Shown here: positions 56,803 through 64,000 of the stretch, in pieces
How the letters are laid out: each line of letters begins with the position of its first letter
Position numbering within the stretch: the first letter of the stretch is position 1
IMG/VR virus record: IMGVR_UViG_3300025919_000136
Location: 24,425-88,424 of that record
Origin: a virus
Strand: one strand, 5' to 3'
Length of the DNA stretch: 64,000 bases
The notes under the pieces: generated by a model
What the model was told of the DNA's origin: nothing
Seen by the model: the letters and a program-made list of their open reading frames with translations, nothing else
Database searches by the model: none
Program-made: the position numbers and the translations under genes

Positions 56803-57222
56803 ATGTCAGTTAAAGTACGCTTAGCCTCCGGCGAAGTGGCGATCGTAGACGGCTACGAATGGGTGGCGGCGGACCCGCAATTGCGAACGCTACTCAACAC
56901 CTTCAAGCAACCTTACGGCCCCTCCGCAAGCGATCCCGACCCAGACTATTCGCTGGCGGAAACCGTTATTGGGATGCTTGGTGGCGAGATCGTCTCGGCA
57001 GACCCACCGCTAGACCCGCCCCAATATGGCGACCCCAACCCCACACCAAGTACTGTTAGCGGAGCACCTCTCCCAGAAGATGGGGCCACAAAATCCACCA
57101 GCCCTGACAGAGACGTACCCGACTTCACGGATCCCAACGTCCAGAAAAGTACCGCATCCGAATCCTATGCGCAAGCGTCTGCACCATTTAAAGAGCTCCT
57201 CGCGGCGGACGTGGTGGACTAG
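56803..57222 (+). CDS. small acidic protein
   Basis: GAGG RBS before MSVKVRL. Confidence 0.6.
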   Translation: MSVKVRLASGEVAIVDGYEWVAADPQLRTLLNTFKQPYGPSASDPDPDYSLAETVIGMLGGEIVSADPPLDPPQYGDPNPTPSTVSGAPLPEDGATKSTSPDRDVPDFTDPNVQKSTASESYAQASAPFKELLAADVVD

Positions 57223-57224
57223 CT

Positions 57225-57857
57225 ATGGATTTCGAGCCAAAGAGTCTGCTGCGCTACTCGCGCAAGCTACTGAAGTACCTAGATGACAGCGGAAAAGTGC
57301 TCTCCGCCAAGGCCGTGCGGAAGATAGTAGATGGCGATATAGAGGCTACTGCAGGTAGACTCTACTCCATACTTCAAGACTTCCAATCCGGTCGATTAGA
57401 TGAAGCCCAATTTAGGGCGGACTTCAAGAAGTCAGTAAGTAATCTGCATTTAGCTCACGTAGCCGCTGCTCAAGGCGGCTTCCGCAATATGAACCAAGCG
57501 GCGTGGGGTTTTGCTGGACAGCGAATCCGCCAACAATATACATATGTAGATGGACTAGTTAGCGACATACAGCAGGGTCTTCTGAGCGGCCCCAAGGGGC
57601 TGCTTAGAATGAAACTGTGGGCCTCCAGTGCGATGGATTCGTACGAAGCCATGCTGGCGAAAGTACATAACTCAGTGCATTTCCCCTTCGCGGAGAACCT
57701 ACTGAACCAGCAGAACATTAGCGAAAAGAACTGCCCAATTTGCACTGGGCTGACCGCACTTGGAATCACGGATCGCGACGATATACCGCTCCCAGAAGAC
57801 CGGCACTTCAGCTGCAACTGCGGCATTGCCTACCACCGTACGCTTGACGGAGATTGA
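57225..57857 (+). CDS. MuF-like minor head protein
   Basis: C-terminal CPIC...HFSCNC; between the portal and protease genes. Confidence 0.7.
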   Translation: MDFEPKSLLRYSRKLLKYLDDSGKVLSAKAVRKIVDGDIEATAGRLYSILQDFQSGRLDEAQFRADFKKSVSNLHLAHVAAAQGGFRNMNQAAWGFAGQRIRQQYTYVDGLVSDIQQGLLSGPKGLLRMKLWASSAMDSYEAMLAKVHNSVHFPFAENLLNQQNISEKNCPICTGLTALGITDRDDIPLPEDRHFSCNCGIAYHRTLDGD

Positions 57858-57860
57858 ATT

Positions 57861-60749
57861 ATGACTGCTACCGCTACCATATACGAACCCACGGACTTAG
57901 CTCTGAAGGCATACGGCTTCGGCGGATCCGGCAGTTACACAGAAACCAAAGCTGACGACGACACTGGTTGGAGGACAATAGACGGTCGCCACGTCTATTT
58001 TGGGGATGACGGAGAGCAGCATACAGGAAAGGACGCGGTAGAAGCTTCAAAGAAAGACTCAGAAAAATCATCTGATGAAGCAGATAGTAAGTCCCAGCAC
58101 GCCCACGAGTCTACAGCGAACTCCAATGCATCGTCAGACACTAAAATAAACTCGTACTCAGCTAACTCCAACTCGAGCAAAGCCAAAGAAAATAACTCAG
58201 CTGATGCTTCTGACTCTAAGTTAAAAGAGGCGCAGGCACATCACGAAAAGGCTGCTAGAGCCCACGCTAGAGCAGCCAAACACCTAGAGAGTAATCCGTC
58301 AGGCACCCAACCAAACACAGGCGGCACCAAAGAGGACGAGAGTAAGAAAGATACCAATGCCAAACTACACCGAGACGCTCAGAGAGCTCATGAGAGTGCA
58401 GCAGATAAGCTATCGGAGCATTTACATCATTCAAGTAGAGATAGTCTAGAAGAAGCGAAGAAGGACGCTGCCAGTTCTACGGAAAAAGCTGACACAGCTA
58501 CGAAGAATGCTAGGAAATTTGATAAAGAGAAATCTACTGCCAACAACTCCGCTGGTCGAGAGTCTCACAAAGCTAAGTCTGAATCGGACGGTATAGGATT
58601 CCATACTACCGAAGGTGATATTCAACACGCACATCACAATATCGCGGCCCATCACACATCGGCGGCGGAGGCTCATCGGGAGCAGGCTTCTCGAGCTCGA
58701 AACGGGAACGACCAGGCAGCTCACCACGCAGCAGCCAAAGCGCACTTGGAAGCTGCAGCGAAGCACAAGGCGTTGTCCTTGCGTGGACCATACGAGAAGA
58801 AGTCCGAGGCCGACGATATAATGTCTGCAAAAGCTGCACGGAGTGAATTTATGAAAACTGCCGCCGACGTCCTGATTAGCTACGGCTCCGAACTGAAAGC
58901 CACTGGCACCGACGAAAACGGAGACTTCCACTTCGGCGGCTACTTGGTGCTGTTCGACAGCCATGATGTCTCGCGTCAGCGGGACAAGTATCTGAAGTCT
59001 ACGGACTACGACTTCGAGGATGGGGACAAGACCACCATCTACTTCCACCATGGCTTGGACGAGACGCTGAAGGCCACCAAGCTGGGCACTGGCAAGCTGT
59101 ATATGAAGGACGCTGGCGTGTGGATGGACGGCATCATCAAGGCCCGCACGGACTACCTCGCGAAGCATGTGGACAAGATCAAAGACGGTATTAAGGACGG
59201 ATATTTTGGCCTATCCAGCGGCGTCCCCGCCCACCTGGTGGAGCGCAAGGCCGTCCCCGCTGGCCACGAAGTGCTCACTTGGCCCCTAGGCAAGGATGCT
59301 TCCATTACGCACATCCCCGCCGAGCCCAAGACGATGTGCTTTTCGTTGAAGTCGTTGATGGAGGAAGAGAGCGGAGAAGCTCTCCCAGAAGATGGCCCAT
59401 TTTCTGGAGCGGATACTCCGCTTGAAGCGAAGTACTCCGACGACGAAGAACGCGACGAACATGGCCGCTGGACGGCTGGTGGAGCTAAGGATGCTCTATC
59501 TGCTAGTGAAGCTGCAGACTCCGCCAGCCAGGATACTGGGGTTGATAGCTCTCCGGACGACGAAGTTGGAGGAGGGACCTACTTCGCTAAGGACTTTGCT
59601 CTATCCGCCACAGAGGGTGGCAAGGAAGCTGCCAACAACCACGGCACCGCAGCTAACCTGCATCAGATCATGGTTGACTACCACAATGACCAAGCAAAAC
59701 AGTCGTCTGATGTTGATGAAAAACTGGCCCATCAGAAGGCTGCAACCCTCCACACCACTGCAGCCGCAATGCACCGTGGTCTGGCGAAGGCGGCTAGTGG
59801 GAGTTCGAGTCCATCTTCTGGAGAGAGTGGCTCCGCGACTAGTAATTCGCAAAGCGCTATATCCGGAGCAGCTATGGACGAATCTCAAGCTGCTTGGAAG
59901 GCTACCAATAAGGCTGAAGGTCCTGGACCCAAAAGTCACTCAAGAATGCATCGGGTTGGCGAAACTTCAGCTATTGCCCGCAGAGCTACCCAAACGGAGG
60001 ATCCGAGACAGGCCATTGCGCTACATAACCAAGCAGCTAAGGACCACGAAACTCACGCTGCTATTCATAGCAATCGCGCCAACTATCCGGATGATCCGAC
60101 TGCAGGAAGCAACCGCACAATGGAACAAGCTTCTCGCGATCATCTGGCTGCTTCAGATGCTCACGAAAAAGCAGCTAAGGCCCATCGCAACGCCGCTAGA
60201 ATGTTGAAGAAGTATTTACCAGAGAAGAAGGATGATGGTTCGTACGACGATGTAAGTTCAATTATCACTCCTGACGTTATACAGGTTCTGGCGGATGGTC
60301 GGCATGTAGGCCTCCGCTTCCAGGACCACCCAAAAGTGGTGCTTGCAGCCATGAAGGGATTCGTACATCGCTTGTTCGATTGGCACGTGGATCGAACGGC
60401 GAGTCGTAAAAGTGGACAGGTATACTCCGGGGATAACTGGGATATGCACGACACCATTTGCAACGGAATGGCGCAGATGGTGCAGCAGTACCGTAATCAC
60501 CTGGATGACAACTGCCCGCCTGGGCGTAAACCGTGCAAGGTCCCTGTAGTGCAACTAGGTACAGCGGCTCCGCTGTCGTGGTCGGATTCTGGTGGAGCGC
60601 TAGGTACCGATCAGTTCAAGGCAACCGACAGCGCCGACGCGCTGGAACGGATGGAAGCTGAGTTGCTCGAACGTCAAGCGGCCTTCGCCCGCCTTCGGGC
60701 TGATGGGTTGCTGATCCAAGAGCGAATGGTTGCAGCTGCAGTAGACTAG
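57861..60749 (+). CDS. prohead maturation protease with large His/Ala-rich extensions
   Basis: Core about 58890-59350: FGGYLVLF, YFHHG, GVWMDG, GLSSG, ASITHIPAEP. Confidence 0.82.
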   Translation: MTATATIYEPTDLALKAYGFGGSGSYTETKADDDTGWRTIDGRHVYFGDDGEQHTGKDAVEASKKDSEKSSDEADSKSQHAHESTANSNASSDTKINSYSANSNSSKAKENNSADASDSKLKEAQAHHEKAARAHARAAKHLESNPSGTQPNTGGTKEDESKKDTNAKLHRDAQRAHESAADKLSEHLHHSSRDSLEEAKKDAASSTEKADTATKNARKFDKEKSTANNSAGRESHKAKSESDGIGFHTTEGDIQHAHHNIAAHHTSAAEAHREQASRARNGNDQAAHHAAAKAHLEAAAKHKALSLRGPYEKKSEADDIMSAKAARSEFMKTAADVLISYGSELKATGTDENGDFHFGGYLVLFDSHDVSRQRDKYLKSTDYDFEDGDKTTIYFHHGLDETLKATKLGTGKLYMKDAGVWMDGIIKARTDYLAKHVDKIKDGIKDGYFGLSSGVPAHLVERKAVPAGHEVLTWPLGKDASITHIPAEPKTMCFSLKSLMEEESGEALPEDGPFSGADTPLEAKYSDDEERDEHGRWTAGGAKDALSASEAADSASQDTGVDSSPDDEVGGGTYFAKDFALSATEGGKEAANNHGTAANLHQIMVDYHNDQAKQSSDVDEKLAHQKAATLHTTAAAMHRGLAKAASGSSSPSSGESGSATSNSQSAISGAAMDESQAAWKATNKAEGPGPKSHSRMHRVGETSAIARRATQTEDPRQAIALHNQAAKDHETHAAIHSNRANYPDDPTAGSNRTMEQASRDHLAASDAHEKAAKAHRNAARMLKKYLPEKKDDGSYDDVSSIITPDVIQVLADGRHVGLRFQDHPKVVLAAMKGFVHRLFDWHVDRTASRKSGQVYSGDNWDMHDTICNGMAQMVQQYRNHLDDNCPPGRKPCKVPVVQLGTAAPLSWSDSGGALGTDQFKATDSADALERMEAELLERQAAFARLRADGLLIQERMVAAAVD

Positions 60750-60751
60750 TA

Positions 60752-60775
60752 GTTCAGCGAACTAGTTCGCTGAAC
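60752..60775. repeat. perfect 24-bp palindrome upstream of the capsid RBS
   Basis: GTTCAGCGAACT-AGTTCGCTGAAC. Confidence 0.75.
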
Positions 60776-60805
60776 AGTAGCATAGTAAAGAGGAATGCAA
60801 GCACA

Positions 60806-62158
60806 ATGCCAACTTTAAAAGAGAAGAACGACGCCCTCGCGAAGCTGCGAGCGGATCATCAGAAGCGGTTCGAGGCGTTCGACGCCGAAACCGACAGCGG
60901 ACGCAAGTCCGCCATCTTGCAGGAAATCAACCGGGCTGAAGTGGACATCAAGTCCCTCAGCGACGAGGTCGCGCAGGAAGTCCAAGTCGTCGAGATGAAG
61001 CGGCGCAACGAGGCCGAGATGAAGGGCCTCCGGCTCCCGGCTGGCGTCGGGGTGCCCTTCCCGGAGCGTGGCGGCAAGGACGGCGAGCTCCACGGCGAGC
61101 GCATGAGCGCCATCAAGTCTGTCGGTCAGTCGCTGATCGACGACAAGTCGGACATCATGCATAAGTTCCGCGAGTACAACGAGAAGTACGACGTGGTCTA
61201 CGAGTACCCCTTCCGCTCCGTGGGCGAATGGAAGGCTGCGATCCAAGCGGAAATGAAGACGACCCTGACCGAGTCGGGCTTCACCGCGTACGACCGGTTG
61301 CCCAACATCATCACCCTTGGTGCTCAGGTGCCGATGGTTCGCGACCTGATCCCTCAGGGCCAGACAACCGCGATCACCATCCGCTACCCACGTGAAGTGT
61401 CGTACACCAACGGCGCGACGAACGTGGCCGAAGGTGGCCAGAAGCCAGAAGCGGTGTTCAACCTGGCGGAAGTCGACGCTCCGGTGCGCAAGATCGCCGT
61501 CGTAGCTCGCGTCACCGACGAGATGTTCGCTGACTTCCCGGCTGTCCGCGACTACATCAACATGCGGCTTCCCTTTATGGTGGAGCAGCAAGAAGATAAC
61601 CAGATCCTGAACGGAAATGGTAGCTCGCCGAACCTGCAGGGTATTCTGGGCACGACTGGCGTGCTGTCCGGCGGCGCGTTGAACCAGTCCGCCAGCCCCG
61701 CCGACGACCCGATCGTGAACGTGATCCTCCGTGCGATCACGCGCATCCAGGCTGAGTCCTTCTTCCAGCCTACGGGTATCGTCATCAACCCGTTCGACTG
61801 GGAGAACGTCCGCCTGATGCGTTCGGGTACTGGCGACGCTGCCGGTGGTGCGAACCGTGGGCTATACCTGTTCGGTAACCCGGACGGTATGGGTATCGAC
61901 TCCATCTGGGGTCTGCCCGTCGTGAAGACCGTATACTGCCCTCGCGGTAAGGTACTGGTCGGCGCGTTCAGCCTCGGCGCTCAGATCTTCCGTCGCGAAG
62001 GCATCACCATGCAGATGTCGAACTCCGATGGCAACGACTTCTCTTACAACCGTGTCGCGTTGCGGGTGGAAGAGCGTCTCGCTCTGGCCGTGTATCGTCC
62101 AAGCGCCTTCGGTGTCTGCACCCTGCATAGCTACGGTGAGGCCTCGAGCTCCGCGTAA
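60806..62158 (+). CDS. major capsid protein (HK97 fold)
   Basis: Coiled-coil delta domain, VAEGGQKPE, ILNGNG, IWGLPVV, RVEERLALAVYRPSAF. Confidence 0.95.
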   Translation: MPTLKEKNDALAKLRADHQKRFEAFDAETDSGRKSAILQEINRAEVDIKSLSDEVAQEVQVVEMKRRNEAEMKGLRLPAGVGVPFPERGGKDGELHGERMSAIKSVGQSLIDDKSDIMHKFREYNEKYDVVYEYPFRSVGEWKAAIQAEMKTTLTESGFTAYDRLPNIITLGAQVPMVRDLIPQGQTTAITIRYPREVSYTNGATNVAEGGQKPEAVFNLAEVDAPVRKIAVVARVTDEMFADFPAVRDYINMRLPFMVEQQEDNQILNGNGSSPNLQGILGTTGVLSGGALNQSASPADDPIVNVILRAITRIQAESFFQPTGIVINPFDWENVRLMRSGTGDAAGGANRGLYLFGNPDGMGIDSIWGLPVVKTVYCPRGKVLVGAFSLGAQIFRREGITMQMSNSDGNDFSYNRVALRVEERLALAVYRPSAFGVCTLHSYGEASSSA

Positions 62159-62198
62159 GAACCCAATCCCGGCCCTCCCACCGGTACTACTTTCTAGC

Positions 62199-62238
62199 CC
62201 TAGCCCACTCCTCGATTCTCGGCGGGGAGTGGGCTAGG
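62199..62238 (+). terminator. hairpin/terminator after the capsid gene
   Basis: CCTAGCCCACTCCTCG...CGGGGAGTGGGCTAGG; weak U-tract. Confidence 0.55.
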
Positions 62239-62258
62239 TTCGTAGTTAAAGGACAACA

Positions 62259-62498
62259 ATGAATAACTCCGTTAGAGCCAAATTCAAGTGTAACGAAATC
62301 ATTAAGCGAATAGGGTGGGCTAATAGCAGTGAGTTCCTATATTCTGCCCGATTTAGCATCGTAGCTGACGGATCGGAAGAGAACAAGAAGTTCTTCGCCG
62401 CCACCCCAGGAGGTAGTTTAGAGCTCACTACTCTCCGCGACGACTTCTTTCAGGTTGGTAAAGAATACTACATAGATGTAACCTTGGCTGAATCATAG
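62259..62498 (+). CDS. conserved small phage protein
   Basis: VRAKFKC...EENKKFFAATPGG...GKEYYID. Confidence 0.7.
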   Translation: MNNSVRAKFKCNEIIKRIGWANSSEFLYSARFSIVADGSEENKKFFAATPGGSLELTTLRDDFFQVGKEYYIDVTLAES

Positions 62499-62535
62499 TT
62501 GCGGAGTATCTCTCCCAGAAGATGGCCCTATATTC

Positions 62536-63423
62536 ATGCAACGCAAGTACCTACTGACTACCCAAGCGGAACCGAACGATAGACTGCTCCGCTATCGTCC
62601 CACGATTGGGCAAGCGGCAATCTACGATAGTCATGACAAGCAGGTACAGTTCAACGACATGTATGCTGGCTACGCAGCCTTCCTACTTTGCGGTGGGCCT
62701 TCGCTGGCCCGTATGGACCTCGAGCCCCTTCGCGAACGTGGCATGCTGACGATGGCCGTCAACAATGCCTGTGCCGTATTCAAGCCGAACCTGTGGACGC
62801 ACATGGACGCGCCCGGTCGGTTCTTGGAGAACAATTGGCTGGATGCTACGGTCATGAAGTTCTCCATGTTCTCGCACCACTGGGCGAACATTCGCCAGCG
62901 AGACAAGGAGAGCGGAGAGCTCCTGCTAAGCGACCTGACCGTGGCCCAACTCCCGAATACGTGGTTCTACCACGCTGACGAATACTTTGATCCCAACACC
63001 TATCTAACTAGCCATGCATTCTCGTGCGGCTGCAAGGACGGTGCAACGGATTCTCTGGGCAACGTGGGTAGCCGTTCCGTTATGCTAATCGCCCTTAAAC
63101 TGCTCTATGTATTGGGCGTGCGCACAGTGTACTTGGTAGGGTGCGACTTCCGCATGCAGCACGACACCCCTAACAACTACGCCTTCCCGCAGAATCGCGC
63201 CACAAGCACAATAGACGCCAACAATCGGGCGTATAGCACTTTAAATAGCCGCCTGAGTGCGCTGCGGCCGAAGTTTGAGGATGTCGGATATAACGTCTTC
63301 AACTGCACGCCCAACAGCGGACTGAATGCCTTCCCGCATGTACCGTACGAGGTAGCGGTGAAGGCAGCTAGCAAAGTCTGCAACGAACTGCCGATCATCA
63401 CGGAGGGATACTACGATACATAA
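62536..63423 (+). CDS. glycosyltransferase-like protein (DUF115/MptE-like Rossmann fold)
   Basis: LCGGPSL, AVNN, LGVRTVYLVGCDF, VFNCTPNSGL. Confidence 0.7.
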   Translation: MQRKYLLTTQAEPNDRLLRYRPTIGQAAIYDSHDKQVQFNDMYAGYAAFLLCGGPSLARMDLEPLRERGMLTMAVNNACAVFKPNLWTHMDAPGRFLENNWLDATVMKFSMFSHHWANIRQRDKESGELLLSDLTVAQLPNTWFYHADEYFDPNTYLTSHAFSCGCKDGATDSLGNVGSRSVMLIALKLLYVLGVRTVYLVGCDFRMQHDTPNNYAFPQNRATSTIDANNRAYSTLNSRLSALRPKFEDVGYNVFNCTPNSGLNAFPHVPYEVAVKAASKVCNELPIITEGYYDT

Positions 63424-63481
63424 CCTCCAAGTCGAATGCTCCCCACCCACTCGACTATGCCCTCATCCAGAAAGATGGCGC

Positions 63482-64000
63482 ATGTACGATGGCGAGACAG
63501 CGGAAGTTGAAGTGCTCTCTTTTCTGGCGAGCATGGTTCATCTACTGAAGCCTGCCCTCGTAGTAGAAACTGGTTCGGCATATGGCTACAGCGCGTTGTA
63601 CATGGGTCAAGCTCTCCGTTTAAATGCAGACCGCTATAATTCGCCCGGAGAGCTATATTCGTACGAAGCAGACGCAGGCCGCGCCAAGCAGGCCAAGCTT
63701 CGCTGTGCGGGGCTGCCAGTAACAATCCTATGTCAGCATACACTGGAACCAGAGCCCATCTTCTGGGGCGCAGGACCAATCGATATGCTGTACTTGGATA
63801 GCGACTTGGGTGCCCGCGTACGCGAACTAGAAATATTCCGCGAGAGTCTGTCTCCACGACACGTGATTCTGATGCACGATACCGGCGAGACGCATGAGAG
63901 TCCACGGACGCAGCTGGAGGAGTATAGGCAGACGCACCAGCTGCATGTGGTGAACTTAGCTACTCCGCGTGGACTGTCAGTGTTGCAGTTCCAGAGTTAA
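63482..64000 (+). CDS. class I SAM-dependent methyltransferase
   Basis: VVETGSAYGYS, IDMLYLDS, ILMHDT. Confidence 0.85.
   Translation: MYDGETAEVEVLSFLASMVHLLKPALVVETGSAYGYSALYMGQALRLNADRYNSPGELYSYEADAGRAKQAKLRCAGLPVTILCQHTLEPEPIFWGAGPIDMLYLDSDLGARVRELEIFRESLSPRHVILMHDTGETHESPRTQLEEYRQTHQLHVVNLATPRGLSVLQFQS

Larger units (their letters stand above)
7230..62528. repeat. dispersed ~28-bp motif family GCGGAG-N6-9-CCAGA-N4-5-GGCC (about 30 copies)
   Basis: Minus-strand copies start at 7230, 10490, 14245, 16110, 17679, 20614, 54260, 59394, 59809. Plus-strand copies start at 10749, 12954, 21373, 22777, 24130, 26792, 28121, 29863, 31834, 34258, 36994, 39052, 40948, 44835, 49079, 50111, 53473, 55761, 57059, 59371, 62501. 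Confidence 0.92.

Noticed and set aside
10261-59398. GASLPEDGP as a conserved protein motif
   Set aside because: It is one reading of the DNA motif; the same DNA is read in other frames, antisense and intergenically
59392-60207. 271-aa alternative-frame ORF inside the protease gene
   Set aside because: Its Leu/Gln/Pro-rich composition is what a frame-shifted Ala/Ser-rich sequence gives; its ATG comes from the DNA motif
60815-61591. 258-aa antisense ORF (likewise 41278-42012, 24538-25257 and 58446-59168)
   Set aside because: Shadow ORFs produced by strong codon bias of the real genes on the opposite strand
7230-62528. 28-bp repeat as a CRISPR array
   Set aside because: Copies are kilobases apart, degenerate, on both strands and inside genes; there is no repeat-spacer periodicity and no cas operon
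1-64000. Stop-codon reassignment or prophage boundaries
   Set aside because: Long genes are intact in the standard code with all three stops used; no integrase, att site or host genes are visible

Overview
A 64-kb piece of a tailed (HK97-fold) bacteriophage genome of about 57% GC with an unknown host. No integrase, DNA polymerase, rRNA or CRISPR array is visible. Positions 1-36.3 kb are almost entirely minus-strand early/middle genes: a PD-(D/E)XK nuclease, family-4 UDG, MazG-like, RuvC-like, SNF2 helicase, DUF932, Lar-like, SprT-like, DUF6011 and many small ORFs. An origin-like inverted-repeat region interrupts them at about 20.7-21.3 kb. From 36.4 kb onward the genes are on the plus strand: a lysis-like cassette with a response-regulator receiver, a secreted beta-helix protein, a papain-like protease with two HNH inteins, TerS/TerL and the head module. 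The main findings are: (1) head proteins built as core-plus-cargo polyproteins (ADP-ribosyltransferases, an Acb1-like 2H phosphoesterase, a nuclease, a zincin), most cargoes preceded by a putative protease site and a shared short tag; (2) about 30 dispersed copies of a ~28-bp DNA motif whose orientation flips at the origin-like region; (3) 15 promoters with a non-canonical C-rich -35 box; (4) a tRNA-like RNA followed by two structured RNAs; and (5) inteins at both catalytic residues of the protease. All product calls come from motif recognition by eye, with no database searches.
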